From a bacterium (GTDB lineage: Bacteria > Oederibacteriota > PGYV01), in contig JAKQNO010000070.1 of the NCBI GenBank assembly GCA_029565735.1, forward strand, positions 22,542-86,541: a DNA stretch of 64,000 bases, written 5' to 3'. How positions within the stretch are numbered: the stretch's first letter is position 1; each line of letters opens with the position of its first letter. The notes below the pieces were generated by a model. The model made no database searches. It was not told the DNA's origin and saw only the letters and a list, made by a program, of their open reading frames with translations. Shown here one piece after another: positions 19,298-28,302 of the stretch. The translations under genes were made by a program, and so were the position numbers.

Positions 19298-21445
19298 ATG
19301 AGAATATACGAATTTGCTAAAAATCACGGTAAGGAAAACAAGGATATAATAAAAATCTTAACCGACATGGGCATTGAAGTCAAAAGCCACATGAGCAGCA
19401 TGCCGGAAGAACTGACAGAAAAAATTGAAAAGATGCTTTCCGGCGCTCCGGTTGAAACAAAAGTACCTGCGGTAAAAGAACAGCCGCAGGCGGCGGTAAA
19501 AACCGTACCGGCTGCGCCCGCAAAAACTCCGGAAGCCCCTGCAGTTAAGGCTGCCGCGGTTCCGGAAAAGAAACAGGCGCCTGCACCGGCAAAGAAAGCC
19601 GCTGAATCCGTGCACGTGCCCGCACCCGAGCCCGCTGAAACTGCGCCTGCTCCGGCTGCGGCGCCGGCTGTACCGGCTGCGCCTGAAAAAGAGATCCTTG
19701 AAATAAATAAAAGTATGACAGTGTCGGAATTCGCAGCCGCGCTTGAAATAAAGCCCGTTGAACTTATTAAGAAACTTATGGGCATGGGCGTTTTGGCGTC
19801 AATGAACCAGGTGCTAAGCGAAGAAGAAGTACAGATAATAGCGGACGAATACAACAAGATAATTAAATTTAAGGACATATTCGGCGATGATATTTTCGCG
19901 GAAGTGCCGGATAATCCCAAAGACTTAAAACCGCGCTGCCCTATCGTAACCATAATGGGCCACGTTGACCACGGAAAAACATCGCTTCTGGATGCCATAC
20001 GCGAATCAAATGTTGTAAGCGGAGAGCACGGCGGAATTACGCAGAAAATAGGCGCTTATAAAGTGTCAACAGGCCACGGCGATGTTGTTTTTCTTGACAC
20101 TCCCGGCCACGCGGCTTTTACCGCGATGAGGGCCCGCGGCGCAAAGGCGACGGATATTGTAATTTTAATTGTGGCGGCCGATGACGGCATAATGCCGCAG
20201 ACAAAGGAAGCCATAGACCACGCCAAAGCCGCAGGCGCGCCGATTATCGTCGCGATAAATAAAATAGACAAAGAAGGCGCGAACCCCGACAAAATCAAGC
20301 AGGAACTTACAAAATACGGCCTTGTCCCCGAAGAATGGGGCGGCAAGACCCAGGTTGTCGCGATTTCGGCAAAGAAAAAAATAGGCATTAATGACCTTTT
20401 AGAACGCATACTTCTTGAATCTGAAATGCTTGAATTAAAGACAAACCCGGACACATACGCGCAGGGCGTTGTCATTGAAGGAAGGCTTGACAAAGGCCGC
20501 GGCGCCGTGGGCACAGTGCTTCTTCAGAAAGGCACGCTGAAAATTGGCGACGCGTTTATAACAAATTACACTTACGGTAAAGTAAGGGCGATATTTAACG
20601 ACCAGGGAAAAAGGTTAAAGGACGCGAAAGCCGTAATACCGGTGGAAGTGCTTGGCTTTGAAGAAGTTCCGAACGCCGGCGATAAAATAAAGGTATTCCC
20701 CAACGACAAAGAGGTAAAACAGATAGCGGCAAAGCGTTCAACCGACATCAGGCGTTTCCAGGACGACAAAAAGAAGAAAAAAATGACGCTTGAAGACCTG
20801 CATAAGAAAATAGAATCCGGGGCTGAAAAAAAGCTTCAGGTTATTATTAAAGGCGACGGCATCGGCTCTGTTGAAGCGCTGTCCGAAGCGATTGAAAAAA
20901 TATCTTCTGATAACGGAATACAGGTTCAGGTAATCCACAAGGATGTCGGCGACATCACGGAAAGCGACGTGCTTCTTGCGGACGCTTCGGACGCCGTGGT
21001 TATAGGCTTCTTTGTTTCCGTGCTTCCGGCTGCCAAGGACCTTGCAAAGCAGGAAGGCGTTGAAATAAAGATTTATCATATAATCTATGAAGTGGTTGAT
21101 TCAATAAAGGCTGCCATGGAAGGGCTTTTAGAGCCGGAATACGAACTTGTGGAAATAGGCGAAGCTGAAGTAAGGCAGGTATTTAAGGTTGAAAGCGAAA
21201 ATGTGAACATCGCCGGAAGCTATATGAGAAAAGGCAAGGCTTATCAGGATTCCACGGCTGCAGTGAAAAGGAACGGTTATGAATTATTAAGGGCAGAGGT
21301 TAAAACGCTTAAGAGGTTTAAAGATACGGTGAAGGAAGTGAAGGAAGGGTATGAATTTGGAGTGGTAGTGGAAGGTTATAAAGAGCCGGCTGTGGGCGAC
21401 ACGATAATTTTCTTTGAAGAAAGGCAGAAATTAAAGAAACTGTAA
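19298..21445 (+). CDS. infB: Translation initiation factor IF-2
   Basis: Pro/Ala-rich N-terminal linker. G domain motifs [24 protein letters not shown]. Confidence 0.97.
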   Translation: MRIYEFAKNHGKENKDIIKILTDMGIEVKSHMSSMPEELTEKIEKMLSGAPVETKVPAVKEQPQAAVKTVPAAPAKTPEAPAVKAAAVPEKKQAPAPAKKAAESVHVPAPEPAETAPAPAAAPAVPAAPEKEILEINKSMTVSEFAAALEIKPVELIKKLMGMGVLASMNQVLSEEEVQIIADEYNKIIKFKDIFGDDIFAEVPDNPKDLKPRCPIVTIMGHVDHGKTSLLDAIRESNVVSGEHGGITQKIGAYKVSTGHGDVVFLDTPGHAAFTAMRARGAKATDIVILIVAADDGIMPQTKEAIDHAKAAGAPIIVAINKIDKEGANPDKIKQELTKYGLVPEEWGGKTQVVAISAKKKIGINDLLERILLESEMLELKTNPDTYAQGVVIEGRLDKGRGAVGTVLLQKGTLKIGDAFITNYTYGKVRAIFNDQGKRLKDAKAVIPVEVLGFEEVPNAGDKIKVFPNDKEVKQIAAKRSTDIRRFQDDKKKKKMTLEDLHKKIESGAEKKLQVIIKGDGIGSVEALSEAIEKISSDNGIQVQVIHKDVGDITESDVLLADASDAVVIGFFVSVLPAAKDLAKQEGVEIKIYHIIYEVVDSIKAAMEGLLEPEYELVEIGEAEVRQVFKVESENVNIAGSYMRKGKAYQDSTAAVKRNGYELLRAEVKTLKRFKDTVKEVKEGYEFGVVVEGYKEPAVGDTIIFFEERQKLKKL

Positions 21446-21467
21446 CCGGAAAAGCAGAGGCGCGCAA

Positions 21468-21839
21468 ATGCAGGGCATAAGGAAACAAAAAGTTGAAAGC
21501 CTGATGAAAAGGGAAATAAGCACCATCATAATGAGGGAAGTAAAAGACCCGCGGATAGGTTTTGTCACAGTGCATTCCGTAAGCCTTACAAACGACCTTA
21601 GGGAGGCGCATATTTACATAAGCGTCATGGGGGATGAAGAACAGAAGAAAAAATCACTTGAAGGGCTAAGGCAGGCTTCCGGTTTTATCAGGGGGCAGGT
21701 GGGCGACGCCGTTAAACTGCGCCATACGCCGGAACTTATTTTTAAAATGGACAACTCTTACGAAGAACGTTTAAGGGTTGAAAATCTTTTCAGGCAGATA
21801 GAAGAGGAAAAAAAGCATGACAAAGAAACAGGCGAATGA
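21468..21839 (+). CDS. rbfA: Ribosome-binding factor A
   Basis: Size, position after infB, and 'KDPRIGFVTV..V.LTNDL..A.IY' signature. Confidence 0.9.
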   Translation: MQGIRKQKVESLMKREISTIIMREVKDPRIGFVTVHSVSLTNDLREAHIYISVMGDEEQKKKSLEGLRQASGFIRGQVGDAVKLRHTPELIFKMDNSYEERLRVENLFRQIEEEKKHDKETGE

Positions 21840-22788
21840 AATAGCCGGGCTTATAAAAAAATCCCGCAAAATTCTTTTAACCACCCATATTAATCCGGAC
21901 GGCGACGGCCTTGGTTCGGGCGTGGCCCTTCTGAATATGCTTTTAAAAATGGGAAAGAAGGCGGAATTTATAAACCGCGACCCGCTGCCGGACATTTATA
22001 AATTTCTGCCCCTTGCAGGCAGGGTGAAACATTCGCAGAAAGTTAAAGGCTGTTATGACCTGGCAATATTTCTTGAATGCCCGGATCTGGCAAGAAACGG
22101 GCACATTGTTGACCATATTAAACAGGCAAAGCGGACAATCAATATTGACCACCACCTTGGAAACGTGATGTACGGCGATTTAAACGTGGTGGAGCCAAAA
22201 GCCGCGGCTGTGGGAATGCAGCTGTATCAGTTTATGAAATTTAACGGGTGGAAAATAACCAAAGATATTGCCTGCGGATTATACACTGCAATAGTCACTG
22301 ACACCGGTTCTTTTGCCTATTCCAATACAACTCCGGAAGTGCATAAGGTGATTGCAGAACTTGTATCGGCAGGCGCCAACCCGAATCAGATTTCCGGCGA
22401 AGTTTACGCGACAACCTTTTCCAGCACAAAACTTATGGCAAAGATGCTTACAGCCATGAAATTTGAAGGCAGGGCCGCGTGGAGCGTGCTTACCAAAAAA
22501 ATGTTTAAAGAATCCGGGGCAAAAGAAAGCGACACGGATAATTTTATAAATTCAATCAGGTCAATAAGGGGCGTGGATTTGGCCGTGCTTTTTAAAGAAG
22601 TAACCGCGGATTCCGTAAAGGTTTCTTTCAGGTCCAAACACGGCGTTGACGTCAATATGATAGCCACGGAATTAAACGGCGGCGGGCATAAATACGCTTC
22701 CGGGTGCTTTATTAAAAAGCCGGTTAAGGAAGCGGAAAAAATAGTAATGTCAGAGATAAGGAAATACTTTAAGACCAGAAAGAAGTAG
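21817..22788 (+). CDS. nrnA: DHH/DHHA1 phosphoesterase (NrnA-type oligoribonuclease / pAp phosphatase)
   Basis: Motifs HINPDGDGLGS, NIDHH, DTGSF and GGGHKYASG. Confidence 0.8.
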   Translation: MTKKQANEIAGLIKKSRKILLTTHINPDGDGLGSGVALLNMLLKMGKKAEFINRDPLPDIYKFLPLAGRVKHSQKVKGCYDLAIFLECPDLARNGHIVDHIKQAKRTINIDHHLGNVMYGDLNVVEPKAAAVGMQLYQFMKFNGWKITKDIACGLYTAIVTDTGSFAYSNTTPEVHKVIAELVSAGANPNQISGEVYATTFSSTKLMAKMLTAMKFEGRAAWSVLTKKMFKESGAKESDTDNFINSIRSIRGVDLAVLFKEVTADSVKVSFRSKHGVDVNMIATELNGGGHKYASGCFIKKPVKEAEKIVMSEIRKYFKTRKK

Positions 22789-22791
22789 CTG

Positions 22792-23736
22792 ATGAAGATA
22801 TTAAAAGGAATTAAAGGCAATAAGCTGCGGTCAAAAAGCGCGGTAATTGTGGGCGTGTTTGACGGCGTGCATACCGGGCACCTGGCCCTTATAAACCTGG
22901 CAAAAAGAAAGGCCGCGAAAATAGGCGGCAAAAGCGTCCTTGTGACTTTTTCGGGGCATCCTGACAGGTATTTTTCAAAAAACACCGAATTAAAACTTAT
23001 CAAAAAACATTCGCATAACCTTGAAATTATAAAAAGGCACGGCATTGATGTCTGCGTGATTCTGGATATTTCAAAAGTGTCAACAATGAAAGCCGAAGAT
23101 TTTGTTAAAAAAATCCTTGTTGAAAAACTTAACATGAAATCAATTATAGCCGGGTCTGATTTTGTATTCGGCCGCGGCGGCCTGGGCGGGGTTAAGCTTT
23201 TAAAATCAATGTCAAAAGAACTTGGCTTTAATGTGACAGTTGTGGCTGATAAAAAGGTGCAGGGTTATAAAGTAAGCTCCACAATCATAAGAAAGAAACT
23301 TGCACAGGGTGACATTAAACTTGTCAATAAAATGCTTGGAAGGCCCTATACGATAGAAGGCGAAGTGATTGAAGGCAGGCACATAGGCAGGGATATAGGT
23401 TTTCCCACCGCAAATATACGCATCAAGTACGAGGAAATTCCGGCAAGCGGGGTGTGGGCCGTGGCTGTGGAATACAACGGGAAGGTTTATACCGGCGCCG
23501 CCAATATCGGGTTTGCACCGACCCTTAAGGGCGAAAAAGACGCGCTGATAGAGATTTTTATTTTTAATTTTGATTCTGTCATATACGGCAAAAAACTGAA
23601 AGTAAGGTTTCTGGAACGGTTAAGGGGCGAAAAAAAGTTTAAGGACAAGGACGCCTTAATTGCCGGAATAAACAGGGACATAAGTTATATAAAGAAAAAA
23701 TACGGAATTAAAATAAGGAAGGGTGCAACAAAATGA
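22792..23736 (+). CDS. ribF: Bifunctional riboflavin kinase / FMN adenylyltransferase
   Basis: GVFDGVHTGH. SSTIIRK-like 'SSTIIRKKL'. GFPTANI kinase motif. Confidence 0.92.
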   Translation: MKILKGIKGNKLRSKSAVIVGVFDGVHTGHLALINLAKRKAAKIGGKSVLVTFSGHPDRYFSKNTELKLIKKHSHNLEIIKRHGIDVCVILDISKVSTMKAEDFVKKILVEKLNMKSIIAGSDFVFGRGGLGGVKLLKSMSKELGFNVTVVADKKVQGYKVSSTIIRKKLAQGDIKLVNKMLGRPYTIEGEVIEGRHIGRDIGFPTANIRIKYEEIPASGVWAVAVEYNGKVYTGAANIGFAPTLKGEKDALIEIFIFNFDSVIYGKKLKVRFLERLRGEKKFKDKDALIAGINRDISYIKKKYGIKIRKGATK

Positions 23737-24287
23737 AAATAAAAGAAGCTGTGGAAAAATCACTGCTGGCTGTTAAAAAAGAGCCTGTGTATATACTGTT
23801 GTGCGGGCTTACCGCCGGCATGCTTTCCGCAATCACGCTTGGAATACTGTTTCCCGTGATGTCTGTGGGGCTTGCCTCTGCCGTTAAAAAAGCGTCAGCA
23901 GGGGAAAAAACGGATTTTCATGACATATTTGAATTTATGAACCTTATCGCGCCGATGTTTGGGCTGGGGTTACTGATAATGCTTATGTCAGCCGCGGGGC
24001 TGGTGTTTGTAATATTCCCAGGCCTTCTGATAATGGCGCTTTTTATTTACGCACCTTATTACATGGCGTTTAATAAGATGGGGATAATTGATTCGCTGAA
24101 ATACAGCGCGAAAACCGCTGTGAAAAACAACCTTATGGGACATGTTGTGATAGTGCTTGTTTTTACCCTTGTAAACCTTCTGGGAATGCAGGTGCTTGTG
24201 GGATGGATAATAACTTTTCCGATAAGCGTTGGATTCATTTATTTTCTGTTTGAACAAAATTTGGAAAGCGGAAAAGAACAGGTTTAA
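23733..24287 (+). CDS. Integral membrane protein, unknown function
   Basis: ATGA overlap with ribF. 4-5 TM helices. No recognisable catalytic motif. Confidence 0.4.
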   Translation: MKIKEAVEKSLLAVKKEPVYILLCGLTAGMLSAITLGILFPVMSVGLASAVKKASAGEKTDFHDIFEFMNLIAPMFGLGLLIMLMSAAGLVFVIFPGLLIMALFIYAPYYMAFNKMGIIDSLKYSAKTAVKNNLMGHVVIVLVFTLVNLLGMQVLVGWIITFPISVGFIYFLFEQNLESGKEQV

Positions 24288-24303
24288 GTTTGGTATTTGT
24301 ACT

Positions 24304-24603
24304 GGTAGACGCGGGTCTTTAGCCCGCGGCAGTTTTTTAGATTCAATGTTTTTACGACTTAAAAGTGTTGGGGGTAAGTTCAGAAGAACCTGTTAACAAG
24401 AAAGTTGTTTAAATAAAATTGAAGTATATTCGTTCAAACTCTGTTATTGATGTTTTTTTGTTTTTGTAGGGGACGTGCTCCTGCGCGTCCCGCGGAATTT
24501 TCAAGTCTCCAATACTTTAATCATTTAAACTTTATTTTAATACTTATGATTATAAAGCACTATATCCGAATCAAATGCCGCGGGCTAAAGACCCGCGTCT
24601 ACC
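24304..24603. mobile_element. MITE-like non-coding element with 28-bp perfect terminal inverted repeats
   Basis: Left arm GGTAGACGCGGGTCTTTAGCCCGCGGCA (24304-24331) is the exact reverse complement of 24576-24603. The roughly 244-bp AT-rich core has no ORF and carries an internal hairpin GGGACG-TGCTCCTG-CGTCCC. A related solo arm lies at 49081-49107. Confidence 0.6.
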
Positions 24604-24649
24604 AAATCTAAACCAAGCATCTAATCTTCTAAGCCTCTAAGCCTCCGCC

Positions 24650-25564
24650 CTACCCCTCGTACATCCTTACCTGGTTTCTGCCGTTTCTTTTTGCGGTATA
24701 CAGGGCCTCGTCAGCGAATTTTACAAGGTCTTTTTCCGACGCGATTGAAGAGTTCCAGACCGAAATGCCTATGCTTATAGTAATGTTAAAATCAGTGTTT
24801 TCGTGTGAAAAAACCTCTTTTTCCACGGCTGTGCGTATCCTTTCGCCAAGGTAAAGCGCGGATTTGTAGTCAGATATGGGGCCTATTATCATAAACTCCT
24901 CACCGCCGAACCTGCCCACCACGTTAATGGCGCGCGATTTATCCTTAAGTATATGCGCGATTCTTTTCAATACCTCGTCGCCGCGCTGGTGGCCGTAAGT
25001 GTCGTTGACCTTTTTAAAATGGTCAATGTCAAGGAACATGACAGCCATGGAATTTCGGGAGCGCCTGGCAAGTTCAAAATGATAGGTAAGCTGTTCTTCC
25101 ATATAACCCTTGTTAAAAAGGCCCGTCAAGGGGTCGTGGTTGGCTTTGTCTTCAAGTTTTTCTGTTTTCTGTTCAAGCATATAATAGTTTTTACGAAGCG
25201 CGTTAGTGATATCGCGGTAGGAAATTATGCCTGCAAGCCTGTCATTTACAGTTATAGGTATCCTTCTTATCATGTTTAAGGACATAAGCGTTGCCGCTGT
25301 TTCAATATCCTGGTCAGGTTCCAGCGTCAGCACGGGGGAGCTCATAATATCCTGCGCCTGTTTGTTCAGTGCCTGTTCTTTGTAAATTCCCAAAGAGCGT
25401 ATTATGTCCCTTTCGGAGACTATTCCGACAGGGTAACGGTTATTATCCACAATTACAATAGCGCCTATGCGGTGCGCCTGAAGCCGTTTGGACATATCAA
25501 GTATTGTGTCTGTTTTTGCCGCTGTCAGAACATCTGTCATCATAACATCACTGATCTTTACCAA
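24650..25564 (-). CDS. Diguanylate cyclase with tandem CBS domains (CBS-CBS-GGDEF)
   Basis: Two CBS repeats at the N-terminus. Active-site GGEEF in 'RFGGEEFMII'. The I-site position reads RAIN rather than RxxD. Confidence 0.88.
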   Translation of the reverse strand: MVKISDVMMTDVLTAAKTDTILDMSKRLQAHRIGAIVIVDNNRYPVGIVSERDIIRSLGIYKEQALNKQAQDIMSSPVLTLEPDQDIETAATLMSLNMIRRIPITVNDRLAGIISYRDITNALRKNYYMLEQKTEKLEDKANHDPLTGLFNKGYMEEQLTYHFELARRSRNSMAVMFLDIDHFKKVNDTYGHQRGDEVLKRIAHILKDKSRAINVVGRFGGEEFMIIGPISDYKSALYLGERIRTAVEKEVFSHENTDFNITISIGISVWNSSIASEKDLVKFADEALYTAKRNGRNQVRMYEG

Positions 25565-25666
25565 GCAATCCTCCTTAGTTATGATTTGATTTTAGAATAT
25601 AATCTTTTATTTGTCAAACATTCCTGATAATATAAACATATGCCACATTTGGCGGAGGGTTAAAGC

Positions 25667-25888
25667 TTGCGGTTAAAGCTTGCGGAGAAAACTAGGGAGA
25701 AAACTAGGGAGAAAATATTAAGATTGCTTGCGGAAAATCCAAAAATTAACTCTGTTGAAATTTCGCAGGCGGCTAAAATAACAATTAAAGGCGTTGAGTG
25801 GAATCTGAAAAAACTTAAAGATGAAAGTGTTATTACTCGTATAGGCCCTGATAAAGGCGGTTGTTGGAAGGTTATAAAAAGCAAGTGA
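25667..25888 (+). pseudogene. 3' remnant of a Schlafen/AlbA_2-type regulator gene (only the C-terminal winged-helix tail is left)
   Basis: 'EKTREKTREKILRLLAENPKINSVEISQAAKITIKGVEWNLKKLKDESVITRIGPDKGGCWKVI' looks like the last ~70 aa of COG2865-type proteins. No upstream coding sequence. Short tandem duplications lie at the 5' edge. Confidence 0.45.
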
Positions 25889-26123
25889 CATCGCGTTTTT
25901 CAAGGCGATAAGTTTCTTGGATGGTAGACAGGAGATTGGGCGTAAAGAGCGTGTATTCGGGTGGTGGGTATAGTATTACTTTCTACTTTCAAGGCCCGGA
26001 ACCATTTTGATTTTGCTTTATTTTTGTTTTTTCGTAGCGGGAAAATAAAAATTAAATAGCAAGTATCCCCCCTCGTTTCTTAATTTACATAATTTGTTAT
26101 ACGCTAACTGTTTATTTAGATAC

Positions 26124-26163
26124 TTGACAAAATACCTCGGGGGGGGGGTATAGTAACTATAAT
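26124..26163 (+). promoter_or_regulatory. Promoter carrying a G10 homopolymer tract
   Basis: TTGACA at 26124-26129, G10 at 26139-26148, TATAGT at 26149-26154 (19-nt spacer), and an extra TATAAT at 26158-26163. RBS GGAGGG precedes ATG 26185. Confidence 0.5.
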
Positions 26164-26184
26164 AGATTAAAACAGGAGGGTATT

Positions 26185-28074
26185 ATGAAAAAGTTCATTA
26201 AACTTAGTTCGTTGATAATTCTATTTGTTTTACTGATTATTTCATGTACAAAAAAACGGAATAATCCCGTTGCTCCTTCAGATATTGTTACTAGCACGCC
26301 ACAAATAATAGTTGTCACGGGTACATATACAAATACTCCGACAATCACAGAGTCGTTGGTTATAACTTCTACAAATATTTATACTTTAACAAAAACAGCA
26401 ACATTAACACTTACCAAAACTGAATATATAAGCCCAACAATAACATTTACTTCATCATTAACTTCAACGCAGATATTAGCGGGTTCTTTTACATGCACAG
26501 AATCGGCAACAGATACAATAACGGTGGCACAAACACAAACTGCAACAACCACAAATACACAAACTCACGCAAGTACGTTTACTAATACAATGACAATTAC
26601 AGTAACTCCTACAAACACAAATGTTTCTTTCGGTGAAGGTAACGCAATAATCACTCCTACGCATGTTGAAGTTAACAGCACGGGAAATACTATGCAAATA
26701 GTTTATACTGCAGGAACAACAACGTGGGGAAGTTCACCAGGAGGAAGTTTAAAAATTATTATTCCTTCCGGTTGGAGCTCACCAAGCCTTACATCAACAG
26801 ATGCAGGTTACTTTACTGTTGCGGTAATTAATGGAGGCGTCCTGAAAAATACAAGTGTAAATGGGCAAGTTATAACTCTGAAAATTAGTGATTTATCTGC
26901 AAATGTGGGACAAGTAATTATTAACTATGGGGATAAAAGTAGCGGTGGCCCTGGAGCAACAGCACAAAATTCAGCTTCGATTGCAACGTTTGTTGTTGAA
27001 ACAACAACTAACGGAGATGTTACAACTGAAATTTTAAACAGTCCAACAGTTGATGTAAGTTGGATGCTTGTAGGAAATGCGGGATTTATGGGAAAACTGA
27101 ATACAACAAATTGGAACTCTTTTAAAATGTATAATGGTGTGCCATTTGTTGCATGCTCTGAAAGCGTGGCATCTAATAAAGTATCCGTAATGAAATATGA
27201 AAGTGGCAGCTGGCAATATGTTGGAACACAAGGGTTTTCTACTGGTGCGGCATCATTACATCATGGGGCGTTGGCGATTAATTCAAGCACAGGATCTCCA
27301 TACATAGTCTACTCGGATAGCTCGCTTTCAAACAAAGCGGTAGTTATGACATATACAGGCGTATCGTGGACTGCGGTTGGTAGTTCAAGTGGAATATCAG
27401 ATGGACAGGCTGTTTTTCCTACAATTTTTATTGATAATAATACACCTTATATTAGTTTTAAAGATGTTTTCAATTCAAATAAAGTTACTGTAATGAAATA
27501 TATATCAGGTTCGTGGCAAGTAGTTGGATCAAAGGGATTTTCTCCTGGAGTGCCTTATCAGATAACGGATTTATTTGTATATTCAGGTATTCCATATGTA
27601 AGTTATTTTGATGATACAACTTCAGAAGTTGTTGTTTTAAATTTTGTTGCGGGGTCTTGGCAGGTCGTTGGAATTCCTTTTGCAGGAAACAAAAGTAATT
27701 ATCCACCATTATATATAAACAATGGTATCCCTTACATTGCTTTTATTGAACCAAACAGTCCATATAATGTTTTTCTGATGAAATATGAAAGTGGTAGTTG
27801 GCAAAGTGTAGGTGCTATTGGATATCGAGGAAGTTATCCAGCTATTGCGTTTGATAATAATATTCCATATATTGTTTTTTCTGATCAAGCGATGTCGCTT
27901 GGAAAATTATCCGTTATGAAATATGAAAGTGGAAATTGGCAATTTCAAGGATTGCGAGGATTTACTGCAGACCAAGCGTTACTGCCTAATATAGTTATTT
28001 ATAATGGAACGCCTTATGTGTCATTTCAAGATGGAAATGTTAATTCGCAAATCTCAGTAATGAAGCTTGAATAG
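26185..28074 (+). CDS. Surface lipoprotein: Thr-rich T-x-T stalk, Ig-like middle domain and seven ~48-aa propeller-type repeats
   Basis: Lipobox LIISC|T. Residues ~22-145 are T-x-T rich. 27061-28071 encodes 7 tandem repeats with consensus W-Q-x-V-G..GF....(I/T)PY(I/V).F.D......(V/L)(S/V)VMKYESGS. Confidence 0.7.
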   Translation: MKKFIKLSSLIILFVLLIISCTKKRNNPVAPSDIVTSTPQIIVVTGTYTNTPTITESLVITSTNIYTLTKTATLTLTKTEYISPTITFTSSLTSTQILAGSFTCTESATDTITVAQTQTATTTNTQTHASTFTNTMTITVTPTNTNVSFGEGNAIITPTHVEVNSTGNTMQIVYTAGTTTWGSSPGGSLKIIIPSGWSSPSLTSTDAGYFTVAVINGGVLKNTSVNGQVITLKISDLSANVGQVIINYGDKSSGGPGATAQNSASIATFVVETTTNGDVTTEILNSPTVDVSWMLVGNAGFMGKLNTTNWNSFKMYNGVPFVACSESVASNKVSVMKYESGSWQYVGTQGFSTGAASLHHGALAINSSTGSPYIVYSDSSLSNKAVVMTYTGVSWTAVGSSSGISDGQAVFPTIFIDNNTPYISFKDVFNSNKVTVMKYISGSWQVVGSKGFSPGVPYQITDLFVYSGIPYVSYFDDTTSEVVVLNFVAGSWQVVGIPFAGNKSNYPPLYINNGIPYIAFIEPNSPYNVFLMKYESGSWQSVGAIGYRGSYPAIAFDNNIPYIVFSDQAMSLGKLSVMKYESGNWQFQGLRGFTADQALLPNIVIYNGTPYVSFQDGNVNSQISVMKLE

Positions 28075-28083
28075 GAGGTTTTT

Positions 28084-28302
28084 ATGAAGCTTACACAAAA
28101 GAATCTTAGTAATTATGTTTTGGCATGTGAACACTGTCCAGAAGATGAAGATAGGGTTAAATATAATTGGGAAGCGGTGGATGAATTTATTTACGGAAAT
28201 AATTTTAATAAAAAAGATTTTGAGTCTTTAATTTGTCCCAATTGTAAAACGCCATTACATAACGCTTCAGAAGTGGCTACGCAAATTAAAAAACAGCGAT
28301 AA
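28084..28302 (+). CDS. Small zinc-ribbon-like protein
   Basis: Strong RBS AGGAGG lies 9 nt after the upstream stop. Two CxxC pairs (CEHC, CPNC). Confidence 0.45.
   Translation: MKLTQKNLSNYVLACEHCPEDEDRVKYNWEAVDEFIYGNNFNKKDFESLICPNCKTPLHNASEVATQIKKQR

Noticed and set aside
19324-19998. Long antisense ORFs inside well-supported genes: 19324-19998 (-) in infB, 22404-23135 (-) in nrnA/ribF, 40042-40761 (-) in scpB/rluB, 58321-58890 (-) in murE, 61400-61879 (-) in murD, 15548-16030 (-) in rluD, and many shorter ones
   Set aside because: They lie entirely opposite genes with strong family motifs. They have biased low-complexity composition (Ser/Ala/Phe-rich mirror of the sense frame), no RBS and no recognisable motifs. 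These are typical shadow ORFs.
21817-23736. Absence of truB between rbfA and ribF as a possible anomaly
   Set aside because: The rbfA-nrnA(DHH) adjacency is common in several phyla, and truB can be encoded elsewhere. This cannot be judged from one window.
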